64,000 nt of DNA from Phormidesmis sp. (GCA_965248535.1 CBDFJR010000002.1:352001-416000), one strand, 5' to 3'. Shown: positions 1 to 10,256, numbered from the stretch's first letter. Notes: a model not told the origin generated them from the sequence alone. Made by a program: numbers and translations.

Positions 1-1416
1 CCCACCGCCTCGCCATCCGGGTTGGGGCGGATTGTTGCCACCCATTCCGGGCATTCCGGGCATTCCGCCGCCCATACCCGGCATTCCCATTCCGGGCATT
101 CCGCCCATACCAGGAAAGTTGCCTTGCCCCATTTGCTGCATCATCGTTCGCATTCGCTGGAAGTTGGTCACCAGTTCACTGACTTCTCTCTCGCCATAGC
201 CAGAGCCTTTGGCAACGCGACGACGACGACTGGGCGAACTCGACAAAATATCGGGATCTTTGCGTTCTTGAATGGTCATAGAGCCGATCATCGCTTCGGC
301 CTTCTTGAGTTGAGTTTCTCCTTGCTCAAGCTGTTCGCTGCTCAACTTGCCCATGCCAGGAATCATTTTCATGATGCCGCCCAGAGAACCCAAATTTTTG
401 AGCAAGCGGGTCTGCTTGAGAAAGTCGGTAAAGTCGAATTTTGCAGAAAGAATTTTCTCCTGCATCTTTTCGGCTTCGGCAAAATCAACTTCTTCGCGGG
501 CTTTTTCCACCAGCGTCAGAACGTCACCCATGCCGAGAATGCGCGATGCCATGCGATCGGGATAAAACGGCTGCAAGGCATCGACTTTTTCACCCACCCC
601 GACGAATTTGATCGGTTGCCCCGAAATGCGTCGCACTGATAGCGCCGCCCCGCCGCGAGTATCTCCATCCAACTTGGTGAGAATGGCTCCGGTGATGCCA
701 ATCTGCTCGTGAAAGGTGCGAGTCAGGTTGGCGGCTTCTTGCCCGGTCATCGCATCCACGACGAGCAAAGTTTCGTGGGGCTGAATGATTTCTTTAATGC
801 GGGCCAACTCGCCCATCATGTCTTGGTCGATTTGCAGCCGACCTGCTGTGTCAACAATCACGACATCAACGCCGTCGGCTCTGGCTTTCTCGACCCCCTG
901 ACGCGCAATCTCAACCGGGTCAGCGCTGGTGCCCAACTCAAAAACGGGGATGTTAATCTGCTTGCCGAGGGCCACGAGTTGGTCGATCGCCGCAGGTCGA
1001 TATACGTCGGTGGCGACTAGCAGGGTAGTGCGTTCTTCTTTGCGAAGATGGAGCGCAAGCTTGGCGCTGGCGGTGGTTTTACCCGTGCCTTGCAGACCTG
1101 CCATGAGCACGATCGTCGGTTTTGATGGCGCTTCAGCTAGGGGGACGTTGGCCTCGCCCATCACCTGCACTAGCTCGTTATAGACAATTTCAATAAACTG
1201 CTGATCTGGGCGCACCCCTTGCACGACTTCTGCGCCGAGTGCTTTTTGCTCAACCTCAGCTACAAAGTCTTTGACGATTTGCAGGTTGACATCGGCTTCG
1301 AGCAGCGCCCGCCGAACCTCCCGCAGTGCGTCTTTAACGTTGGATTCAGAGATTTTGTCCTGACCGCGTAATTTAGTCCAGGCTTGTTCTAAGCGTTCAG
1401 CGAGAGCGTCAAACAT
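1..1416 (-). CDS. ffh: Signal recognition particle protein Ffh (3' end runs off the window)
   Basis: Manual translation from cat at 1414-1416: MFDALAERLEQAWTKLRGQDKISESNVKDALREVRRALLEADVNL..., with GLQGTGKTT P-loop, DTAGR motif and G/M/P-rich C-terminal tail. Absent from the ORF track because no stop lies in the window. Confidence 0.95.
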   Translation of the reverse strand, partial: MFDALAERLEQAWTKLRGQDKISESNVKDALREVRRALLEADVNLQIVKDFVAEVEQKALGAEVVQGVRPDQQFIEIVYNELVQVMGEANVPLAEAPSKPTIVLMAGLQGTGKTTASAKLALHLRKEERTTLLVATDVYRPAAIDQLVALGKQINIPVFELGTSADPVEIARQGVEKARADGVDVVIVDTAGRLQIDQDMMGELARIKEIIQPHETLLVVDAMTGQEAANLTRTFHEQIGITGAILTKLDGDTRGGAALSVRRISGQPIKFVGVGEKVDALQPFYPDRMASRILGMGDVLTLVEKAREEVDFAEAEKMQEKILSAKFDFTDFLKQTRLLKNLGSLGGIMKMIPGMGKLSSEQLEQGETQLKKAEAMIGSMTIQERKDPDILSSSPSRRRRVAKGSGYGEREVSELVTNFQRMRTMMQQMGQGNFPGMGGMPGMGMPGMGGGMPGMPGMGGNNPPQPGWRGGG

Positions 1417-1594
1417 AGGTCAAATAAGTGCCACACGATCGGCGTTTCATCAAAGTACGGCAAAGCAATCGCAGAGAATGCTCACTTATTCAGATTAGCG
1501 TGTTTCGGAAAAACTCATCTGCCCCGTTGAGCAGTTCACAGCCTGACTCAAAAAATGCCCTACAACTGCCTGAGCTTTTAAAACCAAGCTCCCA

Positions 1595-1658
1595 AAAACT
1601 CGGAGGTTTAAGAAGCACTCTCCAGTAAGATGCGTTTTCGGTTAAACCTCCGAGTTTT
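1595..1658. repeat. REP-like inverted repeat (AAAACTCGGAGGTTTA ... TAAACCTCCGAGTTTT)
   Basis: Perfect 16-bp inverted arms at 1595-1610 and 1643-1658; the same core recurs at 43331-43366. Confidence 0.7.
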
Positions 1659-1732
1659 ATATAAGGGTTTTGCGCAGGAGCGAAAAATTTAGAGATACTT
1701 GAGCGATCGCTTAACCCAAACGAACCAAAATA

Positions 1733-2935
1733 ATGCCGAGAAATGTCGTCGCTCAAATTCAGCAGTTTAATCAAGACCGTGATCCGCAGCTTTTGAAGCT
1801 CAAATATCAGGCGATGGCAACTAACGCGTTTGCCTTCTTTCGGGGGACGTGTCATCTGTTTTATCAAGACATTCCTGCCGATGCCGCGATCGATAAAACG
1901 CCCCCAGTCTGGGTCTGTGGCGACTTGCATTTGCAAAATTTTGGCAGTTTTCGGGGCGACGATCGCTTGGTCTATTTCGATATCAACGACTTTGACGAAT
2001 CGGTGTTAGCACCCTCTAGCTGGGATACGGCTCGATTTATCACCAGCGTATTGGTCGGCGCTCACACCTTGGGAATCAATGATGAGGAAGCGCAAGGGCT
2101 TTGTCAGTGTTTTTTAGACTCCTACACAGCCGCCTTGAAACTGGGTAAAGCTCGTGACATTCATCCAGAAACGGCAACTGGATTGGTCAGAGAATTGTTA
2201 GAGAGTTTGAGAACACGCGATCGTAGAACTTTCCTGACCGAGCGCACCGAGTTAAGAGACAGGCAGCGCAAGCTAAAAATCATTCCAGGAAAAACGTCTG
2301 CGGTAACACCGAAAGAACGCAAAAAAATCACTAGCTTGATAAATCAATGGGCGACAAGTCAGCCTAATCCCAAGTTCTTTAACGTGTTGGATGTGGCGCA
2401 TCGCATCGCCGGAACAGGAAGTTTAGGACTCGATCGCTACGTGCTCTTGGTCGAAGGCAACGGGTCACCTCATCGCAATTATTTACTCGACCTAAAAGCC
2501 GCCCGATCGTCCTCTCTCTATCCTCATTTGCAGCTTCATCAGCCCGACTGGACTAGTCAAGCTGACCGCATTGCCGCCATTCAATATCGGTTTCAAGAAT
2601 CACCTCCGGCGCTGCTCAACCCGCTGGAGTTAGACAATGAATCCTATGTGCTGCGAGAGCTTCAGCCCGTTGCCGATCGGGTCGATCTCGCCGCTTGGAA
2701 TGGCAAAATCAAACGCCTCAAAAAAGTGATTCAAACTATGGCAGAGGTGACCGCTTGGGGGCAGTTGCGAAGCGGTGGCCGGCAGGGGTCAGCGATCGCT
2801 GATGATCTGATCGCCTTTGCCGAAGCTGCCCCTGATTGGCATCCTTGGTTATTAGACTACAGTCGCACCTATGCTAGACAGGTCGAACTAGATTTCATCG
2901 ACTTTCAAGCGGCTTTCAAGCAAAAAGCACTCTAA
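1733..2935 (+). CDS. DUF2252 family protein (kinase-like)
   Basis: FFRGTCHLFY, CGDLHLQNFG, FDINDFDE, AGTGSLG and LDLKAA motifs. Confidence 0.85.
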   Translation: MPRNVVAQIQQFNQDRDPQLLKLKYQAMATNAFAFFRGTCHLFYQDIPADAAIDKTPPVWVCGDLHLQNFGSFRGDDRLVYFDINDFDESVLAPSSWDTARFITSVLVGAHTLGINDEEAQGLCQCFLDSYTAALKLGKARDIHPETATGLVRELLESLRTRDRRTFLTERTELRDRQRKLKIIPGKTSAVTPKERKKITSLINQWATSQPNPKFFNVLDVAHRIAGTGSLGLDRYVLLVEGNGSPHRNYLLDLKAARSSSLYPHLQLHQPDWTSQADRIAAIQYRFQESPPALLNPLELDNESYVLRELQPVADRVDLAAWNGKIKRLKKVIQTMAEVTAWGQLRSGGRQGSAIADDLIAFAEAAPDWHPWLLDYSRTYARQVELDFIDFQAAFKQKAL

Positions 2936-2959
2936 GTTAGCCAACTTACTTCTTGCGAT

Positions 2960-3361
2960 TTAGTGGCTAACGGATGGTTCGATCGCCCATTCGGTGCTGA
3001 TCCACGGTTGGCAAGCTTGCAGTCCCAAGGTCGGATCTTGATGATAGGTCTCGCCTGCTGCCCAGACAATCACTGAGCGATCGCGCCCCACTAAATACAA
3101 ATACTCGGCGGTGGGGTCATAGTTCACGCCCACTTTGAGATTCGAGAAATCATCCTCGCAAATCTCGTAGCCAAACCGCACCACAATCTGTGCCAACAGG
3201 CATTCTGGCGTGTCGCTGTGTTCTCCAGAAAGATCGCGCTCTTGCCAAAACTTATCAAGAAATCGCTCTAAGGTCGGCAACACCTTACTGGGCGTTCCTC
3301 CTCGACTGGCGTACACGATCGCGGGGTTGCCTTCAACAATGATGTGACACGGTGTAGGCAT
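2960..3361 (-). CDS. Hypothetical protein
   Basis: 133-aa ORF with ATG filling the intergenic space; no function recognised. Confidence 0.65.
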   Translation of the reverse strand: MPTPCHIIVEGNPAIVYASRGGTPSKVLPTLERFLDKFWQERDLSGEHSDTPECLLAQIVVRFGYEICEDDFSNLKVGVNYDPTAEYLYLVGRDRSVIVWAAGETYHQDPTLGLQACQPWISTEWAIEPSVSH

Positions 3362-3536
3362 CTTAAAAGAATGAGGGATAGAAGAGGAATAATCACCCTA
3401 TCATTTCATATTTTTTGAGATTTCACTGCTCATTGCTCATCCTTTTCAAAAGTCGGGATTTTCACGGTTCTAAAACCCGATCGCGAGTCAGCATAATCTT
3501 TCTTAACGATTGTTTTATCTTTGGGGTCAAAGACCT

Positions 3537-4115
3537 ATGCGCTCCCAGGTTCATTCTTCCTTTTCGGCTGCTTCGCAGATGCCTGATCAGCCTCTATACA
3601 AGGTTTTGGGGTCTCGCAGTCACTATCGCTCCTGTCATATTCAGGTGCCTGACGAGAGCGATCGCTTGGCGGCGATTCAAGTGGGCGACCAATACTATAG
3701 TTTTTTTAAAGTCGTTAAAGAGCGGCAAAAAACGCTGCAAATGGCGGCTCGACTGGTCTATAAAGGTGACAAAGTGGTAATCACTCACGTTTCTAAAGGC
3801 GACGTGATTTGGATTTTAGAACCTAATGCTTGGCTCAGTCAGATCAAAAACTCTGCAAATCGTCTCTGGAAAATTTTGCAAAACGACTGGGAATATGAGG
3901 CTTGCACGATTTTGGTGCCTGATGTGGCGCAGCCCCTAGAAGCGATTTTTGCAACGGATAACTACTACAGTCTTTTGCGGGTTGTCAAAGACCGAGAAGC
4001 CGCGATCGAGCTAGCTGATCGTCTGGCTCAAAAGGGAAACGCGGCCCTGATCACAAAGCGCGATCGCAGTTTCTCAGTCTGGGTGTTAGAACCCGACGCA
4101 TCTATCAACGCTTAG
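3537..4115 (+). CDS. Hypothetical protein made of two tandem homologous ~70-aa domains
   Basis: ATG at 3537; the halves share C.I.VPD...L.AI.....YYS...VVK.R...A.RL..KG....IT.....W.LEP.A. Confidence 0.75.
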   Translation: MRSQVHSSFSAASQMPDQPLYKVLGSRSHYRSCHIQVPDESDRLAAIQVGDQYYSFFKVVKERQKTLQMAARLVYKGDKVVITHVSKGDVIWILEPNAWLSQIKNSANRLWKILQNDWEYEACTILVPDVAQPLEAIFATDNYYSLLRVVKDREAAIELADRLAQKGNAALITKRDRSFSVWVLEPDASINA

Positions 4116-4261
4116 AAGATCGCCCATCATGACTAAAAGGACGAAGCATTCAAAAACGACCTCTCGGAGCGCCCGATGATCGCTTGAATGCTTTACCCTC
4201 ACTTTTATTTGAAGTGACAAACCCGACTTGACAGCGATCGGATCGCCCAGCAGACCGAGCT

Positions 4262-4771
4262 TTAAAGGTCGTTTTCGCCCAACTCTCGCGACATGTAATC
4301 AAACGGTTGGTCAACAAACGCAGCTTTTTCAATCCCTGCGGCCGCAACCTGCTCTCTGACAATTTCTTTCATGATCTGGATGCCGCGCACCGTCGGGCCA
4401 CCAGGCACCCCCAGCGAGTTGTAGGTTTCTCGTAGACCTTCTAGCACCCGCTCATCAAGCACATCGTTGTCTCCAGCGACCAGCGCATAGCTGGCATAGC
4501 GCAAGTAGTAGTCCATATCTCGCAGACAGGCCGCATAGCGACGAGTGGTATAAGCATTACCACCAGGGCGAATCAATTCGGGAAGCTCATCAAACAATTG
4601 CAAGCCAGCTTGCTTGACGATCGCCGCCGCATTGGCGTTAATCACTCCGGCTGCTTGCACCCGTGCCATCCCAGTCTCAAAATAAGATTTCAAATCATCG
4701 ACCGCGTTACGATCGAGATATCGCCCGGTGATGTCATAGTTTCTAATCAGGCTTGTCACTGCATCCCGCAT
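4262..4771 (-). CDS. apcF: Allophycocyanin beta-18 subunit
   Basis: MRDAVTSLIRNYDITGRYLD...PGGNAYTTRRYAACLRDMDYYLRYASYAL; 169 aa; divergent from glnA as in other cyanobacteria. Confidence 0.95.
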   Translation of the reverse strand: MRDAVTSLIRNYDITGRYLDRNAVDDLKSYFETGMARVQAAGVINANAAAIVKQAGLQLFDELPELIRPGGNAYTTRRYAACLRDMDYYLRYASYALVAGDNDVLDERVLEGLRETYNSLGVPGGPTVRGIQIMKEIVREQVAAAGIEKAAFVDQPFDYMSRELGENDL

Positions 4772-5020
4772 GAAATTCTTCTCCCAATTAATCCCAGTAA
4801 ACAAAATTTAGTGTTTGGGGTTCTAGAGCCTCGACCCACAGCAACTAGCCGAGCCGCCCATCAAATGATTTAGGGTAAGTCTACCATGCAGGGTCGAACC
4901 GATTGAGACGCTGGCCGCCTTGATCCCATCAGTCTTTGTGAAACGTTACATTCTTGCTTTTTTAGCCAACTGCCGCCATCGTTAACCTGAGTTTAATCCT
5001 GGGCAATCACTCAAGATTTT

Positions 5021-5062
5021 GTAGCATAAAATACAAAATTCCCGTATCGCTCTCCCTACCAT
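5021..5062 (+). promoter_or_regulatory. NtcA-activated (class II) glnA promoter
   Basis: GTA-GCATAAAA-TAC at 5021-5034, then 22 nt, then a TAN3T -10 (TACCAT, 5057-5062). Confidence 0.85.
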
Positions 5063-5235
5063 GATTCAGAGAACTCAGGGTATCGCTGCGGAAAGATGCA
5101 CACCCATTCATTTCCTGTCAAAGCCCCCACAAACCACCTCGATCGAGGTAGGGCATCTTAGCGGGGTTACCGTCTTCAACCCGTTCTCAAACTCTTCAGG
5201 GAAAACCCTTTAGCCAACGATTTAAGGAGTAGTTC

Positions 5236-6684
5236 ATGGCCGAGACAGCACAAGAAATTCTAAAGATGATTGAGGATCAGAACATTGAACTGATTGACCT
5301 CAAGTTTGTAGATCTTTATGGAATCTGGCAGCACTGCACGTTTCATAAAAGCTTGATCGAGGAAGAATCGTTCCTCAACTCAGGAGGCGTGGCGTTTGAC
5401 GGCTCTAGCATTCGCGGTTGGAAAGCCATCAACAGTTCAGACATGGCGATGGTGCCCGACCCCACGACTGCTTGGATGGACCCTTTCATGGCGGTGCCCA
5501 CTTTGAGCATGGTGTGCACGATCGTAGATCCTCGCACCGGGCAGATGTATGAGCGCGACCCTCGCTCGATCGCCCAAAAAGCCGTTGACTATCTAATCGC
5601 GAGTGGCGTAGGCGACACGGTTTATTGCGGGCCAGAACCCGAATTTTTCATCTTTGACGATGTTCGCTATGGGCAAGAGGGTCACACGGGCTACTATGCC
5701 GTTGAGTCGAGCGAAGGTGCCTGGAACTCAGGCAATACTGAACGGGACTCAGGCTATTCTGAGCCGGGCGGCAACTTGGGCTTCAAAATCAGCAAAAAGC
5801 GCGGCTATTTTCCGACGGCTCCCTCGGATATGCTGCAAGACATCCGCACTGAGATGCTGCTGACGATGGCCAAGTGCGGCGTGCCGATCGAGAAACATCA
5901 CCACGAAGTCGCCGCAGGCGGACAGTGTGAACTGGGCATTCGTTTTTCTAACCTAGTGCACGCGGCTGACTATGTGATGACTTATAAATATGTCGTCAAA
6001 AACGTCGCCCGCAAGCATGGCAAAACTGCGACCTTTATGCCCAAGCCAATCCACGACGACAACGGCTCTGGAATGCACAGCCACATGTCGATCTGGAAGG
6101 ATGGACAGCCTTTGTTTGCGGGTGACAAATATGCAGGCTTGAGCCAAACGGCGCTGCACTTTATCGGCGGCTTGATTCGCCATGCGCCTTCACTGCTGGC
6201 GTTCACCAACCCGACTGTCAACTCTTATAAGCGGTTGGTTCCTGGCTTTGAAGCTCCGGTCAACTTGGCCTACTCGGCGGGCAACCGATCGGCATCGATT
6301 CGGATTCCGCTCTCTGGCACCAACCCCAAAGCCAAGCGCCTAGAGTTCCGTTGCCCCGATGCGTCGAGCAACCCTTATCTAACATTCTCAGCCATGCTTT
6401 GTGCGGGTCTAGACGGCATCAAAAACCAGATCGATCCGGGCGAACCTTTGGATGTAGACATCTACGAGATGAGCAAAGAGGAGTTGGCAAAAGTGCCCAA
6501 AGCCCCGGCAAACCTTGGCGAAGCGTTGGCAAATCTAGAGCGAGATCACGAGTTTCTCACGGCGGGCGGTGTCTTCCCTGAAGACTTTATCTATAACTGG
6601 ATTGCGATGAAGATGGAAGGTGAGGTGAAGCCGATCAGCAAGCTGCCGACTCCCTATGAGTTTGAGTTGTATTACGACTGCTAG
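5236..6684 (+). CDS. glnA: Glutamine synthetase type I
   Basis: [49 protein letters not shown]; ends LYYDC. Confidence 0.98.
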   Translation: MAETAQEILKMIEDQNIELIDLKFVDLYGIWQHCTFHKSLIEEESFLNSGGVAFDGSSIRGWKAINSSDMAMVPDPTTAWMDPFMAVPTLSMVCTIVDPRTGQMYERDPRSIAQKAVDYLIASGVGDTVYCGPEPEFFIFDDVRYGQEGHTGYYAVESSEGAWNSGNTERDSGYSEPGGNLGFKISKKRGYFPTAPSDMLQDIRTEMLLTMAKCGVPIEKHHHEVAAGGQCELGIRFSNLVHAADYVMTYKYVVKNVARKHGKTATFMPKPIHDDNGSGMHSHMSIWKDGQPLFAGDKYAGLSQTALHFIGGLIRHAPSLLAFTNPTVNSYKRLVPGFEAPVNLAYSAGNRSASIRIPLSGTNPKAKRLEFRCPDASSNPYLTFSAMLCAGLDGIKNQIDPGEPLDVDIYEMSKEELAKVPKAPANLGEALANLERDHEFLTAGGVFPEDFIYNWIAMKMEGEVKPISKLPTPYEFELYYDC

Positions 6685-6711
6685 ACCCAGACACTTCTGG
6701 CTCGGTTAAAT

Positions 6712-6750
6712 AAATCCCTCACTGAAACTATTCGCTGGGGGATTTTCTTT
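6712..6750 (+). terminator. Intrinsic terminator after glnA
   Basis: aaatccctc...ggggattt stem followed by T-rich tail. Confidence 0.6.
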
Positions 6751-6826
6751 AAGTGGGCTAATCATTCTGTTTTGGGCAGAAAAACCATAAACCTTTATGA
6801 ACCTAATGCAAACTAGGCTAAATTTT

Positions 6827-6840
6827 GTTACATTGGATAC
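6827..6840 (+). promoter_or_regulatory. NtcA-like site overlapping a putative -10 box (repressor position)
   Basis: GTT-ACATTGGA-TAC, one mismatch to GTA-N8-TAC; overlaps an extended -10 TGnTACATT (6826-6834) immediately upstream of the riboswitch. Confidence 0.65.
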
Positions 6841-6848
6841 AGAAATGA

Positions 6849-6927
6849 ATCGTTCATCTCTTTCGGAAATTAGGTTTTCTTGATTTTTGGAGAGACGGAA
6901 GTAGGGAGTTTCCCGAAGGAACGCGCC
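6849..6927 (+). ncRNA. Glutamine riboswitch, type I (glnA RNA motif)
   Basis: ATCGTTCATCTC...GAGACGGAAGTAGGGA-gtt-TCCCGAAGGAACGCGCC: P1 cgttc/gaacg, P2 tctc/gaga, P3 ggga/tccc, and E-loop GGAAGTA...GAAG. Confidence 0.9.
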
Positions 6928-6961
6928 TCTGTTGACTTCAACTCTTTAAGAGGTAAGCGCC

Positions 6962-7114
6962 ATGAAACGGTTTAACCAACCCAATAAATCTCAGATCGTA
7001 GACGTGAGTGATGACACCGTTGCTTTTATGCTGGCTAACGGCTTTTCCATCGACGGAAGCTGGTACAAATGGCACAAAAACCGCCATCAGCAGCCAAAAG
7101 TGACGGATCAGTAA
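6962..7114 (+). CDS. pirA: 50-aa small protein, PirA (Ssr0692)-like
   Basis: MKRFNQPNKSQIVDVSDDTVAFMLANGFSIDGSWYKWHKNRHQQPKVTDQ; RBS GAGGT. The VAFM.A.GF..D.S...WHKNR pattern matches PirA as I recall it; unverified by search. Confidence 0.65.
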   Translation: MKRFNQPNKSQIVDVSDDTVAFMLANGFSIDGSWYKWHKNRHQQPKVTDQ

Positions 7115-7167
7115 CAGGCTGTGATTTCGGATTTCTAAACTCGACTCACGATTTAATCATTAACGTC

Positions 7168-7201
7168 GGCGATCGCATCTCACTCAGCGATCGCCATTTT
7201 T
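7168..7201 (+). terminator. Intrinsic terminator whose stem is formed by two HIP1 copies
   Basis: ggcgatcgc-N10-gcgatcgcc followed by T tract. Confidence 0.6.
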
Positions 7202-7246
7202 GTCGATAAATCTGCAAATACCTGATGAAACTGACTCCTAAGATTC

Positions 7247-7264
7247 GTTACACTTAGTTACAGT
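7247..7264 (+). promoter_or_regulatory. Possible HLR1 (RpaB) site upstream of the methyltransferase
   Basis: GTTACACT-TA-GTTACAGT direct repeat with 10-nt period. Confidence 0.4.
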
Positions 7265-7292
7265 CGTCGATCGCGAGTCTCTTAAAGTCATC

Positions 7293-8412
7293 ATGCCCGA
7301 CACATTAACTAAGCTGGCATATCAAACCTTTCAGCAAAGCAAAAGCTATTTTGGGCTGGCGCACAAAGTGCTGAGTACTCAAGTTCTAAATTTCGTGGCT
7401 CCCGCGCAAGAGAAACAAACCATTTCGCTTGCTCCTGAGTTGCTGCTTAAGATTCAGCAACGGTTTAATCAGATTCTTGAAGCAGACTGGCAAGATGCAG
7501 AAACAGGCATTTACCCAGAAAGCCTTTTGTTTGACAACCCGTGGGAAGATTTTTTTCGGTTTTATCCGGCTGTCTGGCTCGATATGCCTCAGATCTGGGA
7601 TCGGGCAAACCAAAAGCGCTACCAAGAGTTTTCATCGGATGTTGAGACAAGTGGCTACCCTAGCTACTATGTGCAAAACTTCCATCACCAGACCAATGGC
7701 TATCTCAGCGATATGTCAGCCAATCTCTATGATTTGCAAGTAGAGTTGCTGTTTAACGGGTCGGCTGACGCAATGCGCCGTCGGATTTTAGCTCCGTTAA
7801 AAGAAGGTCTGACAGCGTTTAGCGCGATCGCGCCTCGTCAAATTAAGATTCTAGATATGGCCAGCGGCACGGGTCGCACGTTGAGAATGCTACGAGGGAT
7901 GTTGCCCAAAGCCTCTCTATATGGAGTTGATCTCTCGCCTGCTTATTTGAGAAAGGCCAACCAATTGCTTTCTCAGATTCCCTGGTGAGTTGCCTCAATT
8001 GCTGCAAGCCAATGCCGAAGAGTTGCCTTACTTAGAGAACTATTTTCATGCGGTGACCTGCGTGTTTTTGTTCCACGAGTTGCCGCCCCAAGCGCGTCAG
8101 AATGTAATTGACGAAGCCTTTAGGGTTGTTAAACCCGGTGGCACGTTTGTGATCTGTGATTCGGTTCAAGTTAGCGATTCGCCAGACCTGGCTCCGCTGA
8201 TGGCTGGCTTTTCAGAAACCTTCCACGAGCCTTATTATCGTCACTATATGACCGATGATTTGACGGCTCGCTTAGAGAGCGCTGGCTTTACCAAGGTCTC
8301 GACGCAGGTGCATTTTATGAGTAAGTATCTGACTGCTCACAAGCCTGCTGAAGGATCTCAAGCTGACTCTACTCAGCATTCTGAGCAGCAGGTGATTCCG
8401 CTAGGAGTCTAA
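7293..8412 (+). CDS. Class I SAM-dependent methyltransferase (apparent +1 frameshift at ~7981)
   Basis: YYVQNFHHQTNGYLS, ILDMASGTGRTL, VFLFHELPP. The two ORFs join as ...SQIP/GELPQLLQANAE if one C is removed. Confidence 0.85.
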
Positions 8413-8426
8413 AATCTAGCTTAAAC

Positions 8427-8459
8427 AAAAAGAAGGCACCCGATCGGGTGCCTTCTTTT
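8427..8459. terminator. Bidirectional terminator between the methyltransferase and tRNA-Leu
   Basis: Perfect palindrome aaaagaaggcacccgatcgggtgccttctttt. Confidence 0.75.
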
Positions 8460-8462
8460 CTA

Positions 8463-8544
8463 TGCGGATGGCGAGACTCGAACTCGCAAGGACAATGCCA
8501 CACGCACCTCAAGCGTGCGCGTATACCAATTCCGCCACATCCGC
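8463..8544 (-). tRNA. tRNA-Leu (GAG)
   Basis: Reverse complement GCGGATGTGGCGGAATTGGTATACGCGCACGCTTGAGGTGCGTGTGGCATTGTCCTTGCGAGTTCGAGTCTCGCCATCCGCA; anticodon GAG, long variable arm. Confidence 0.97.
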
Positions 8545-8745
8545 ACGGGCTGGCTGAGGAACCAGGGCAGTCATCGAGCTAGCTGATAAACTAGTTTGAC
8601 TTAAGCCTTAATCAGCATAGCAAAAAGAGACCCGATCGCCACAAGTTTTCGTGATATCTGCTTTGACCATCTCAAAACTTGCCAAGGGCACCCGCTACAA
8701 CGTTCAATAAATTAGCTTGATTCCTCCTCACGCCATTAGTTTTTT

Positions 8746-10113
8746 ATGTCATTTCACGCCTCGCTGACTCAACTGATTGACGTTCTCGGTGCAACGGCCG
8801 AAAATTTAACCGAGCCGATGCTGACTCAAACCGCGATCGCCATCACCACCGACAGTCGCCATCTCAAGCCGGGAGAGGTTTTTTTAGGGCTGCGGGGCGA
8901 AAAATTCGACGGGCATGAGTTTGTGGGAGTGGCGATCGAGCGAGGAGCGATCGCAGCGATCGTCGATTCTCACTTTCCAACCTCAACTCTGCCAGTTCTG
9001 CGAGTTCAAGATACTCTTGCTGCTTATCAAGCGATCGCGCACTGGTGGCGAAATCAGTTCACTATTCCCATCATCGCGATCACAGGTTCGGTGGGCAAAA
9101 CCACAACTAAAGAATTGATTGCCGCTGTGCTGTCAAACTATGGTCACGTTCTGAAGACGGAGGCGAATTATAACAACGAGATTGGCGTTCCTAAAACTCT
9201 GTTGGGATTGGATCAAACTCATGACTATGCCGTGATTGAGATGGGAATGCGGGCGAAAGGGGAAATTGCCCTTCTCAGCCAGATTGCGAAGCCGGATATT
9301 GCGGTGATTACCAACGTCGGCACGGCTCACATTGGGCGACTCGGCTCAAAAGCAGCGATCGCCGCCGCCAAATGTGAACTGCTGGCAGAAATGCCCAAAA
9401 CCGCGATCGCGATTCTCAATCACGACAACGCGCTATTAATTCAAACCGCTCAGACTGTTTGGACGGGGCAGACCCTCACCTTTGGACTAGAAGGCGGCGA
9501 CCTGTACGGGCACCTCATCGGCGCTGAAACCCTTAAAATTGGAGAGCGATCGCTGCCGCTACCATTAGAGGGGCAGCACAATGCGCTAAATTATCTAGCC
9601 GCTTTGGCTGTCGCAAAAACTCTAAACCTAGACTGGTCAGCCCTAACCGCAGGCGTGAAGGTAGTGGTTCCAGGGGGGCGATCGCGCAAATATGAACTCC
9701 CGAATGATGTTGTGATTTTGGATGAAACTTACAACGCGGGATTAGAGTCGATGCTGGCAGCGCTGCGCCTGTTGGCGGATACTCCCGGTCAGCGTCACAT
9801 CGCCGTGCTGGGCACGATGAAAGAGTTAGGAGACTGGTCAGTGCCCTTTCATCAGCAAGTTGGCGAGATGGTCAAGCAACTTAACCTAGATGGGCTGCTG
9901 ATTTTGGCAGACGACGCAGAAGCCGAAGCATTGGCGATCGGAGCCTCACCCCTCAAGGTCGAGCGGTTTTCAACCCATGCAGCGATCGTGGCTCAATTGA
10001 AGGCAGAGGTGCGATCGGGTGATCGACTGCTGTTTAAAGCCTCTCGTGCAGTCGGTCTTGATCAAGTCGTTGAGCAATTTTGCGCGCAATACTCAACATC
10101 CATACTCCTGTAG
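8746..10113 (+). CDS. murF: UDP-MurNAc-tripeptide--D-Ala-D-Ala ligase
   Basis: ITGSVGKTTTKE, NYNNEIGVP, EMGM, DETYNA, FKASR. Confidence 0.95.
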   Translation: MSFHASLTQLIDVLGATAENLTEPMLTQTAIAITTDSRHLKPGEVFLGLRGEKFDGHEFVGVAIERGAIAAIVDSHFPTSTLPVLRVQDTLAAYQAIAHWWRNQFTIPIIAITGSVGKTTTKELIAAVLSNYGHVLKTEANYNNEIGVPKTLLGLDQTHDYAVIEMGMRAKGEIALLSQIAKPDIAVITNVGTAHIGRLGSKAAIAAAKCELLAEMPKTAIAILNHDNALLIQTAQTVWTGQTLTFGLEGGDLYGHLIGAETLKIGERSLPLPLEGQHNALNYLAALAVAKTLNLDWSALTAGVKVVVPGGRSRKYELPNDVVILDETYNAGLESMLAALRLLADTPGQRHIAVLGTMKELGDWSVPFHQQVGEMVKQLNLDGLLILADDAEAEALAIGASPLKVERFSTHAAIVAQLKAEVRSGDRLLFKASRAVGLDQVVEQFCAQYSTSILL

Positions 10114-10256
10114 GCGTATCTCCTCTTCTCACCTGTGAGGGATGCCAAAACCCTGCCCACTCAGTCATCCTGTCAGCAAGCGTCGTCTTACACAATTACA
10201 GCACTTGGCTGGCGCAGTTGACTCAGTTGCGCGAGTTTGGTGAAGAGGAAATCCCT

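Noticed and set aside
22..1183. Plus-strand ORFs, including the His-rich 205-aa ORF
   Set aside because: Antisense shadows of ffh; the His/Ser repeats mirror its GMPG tail.
4938..4950. GTGAAACGTTAC as a second NtcA site
   Set aside because: The spacer is 6 nt rather than 8.
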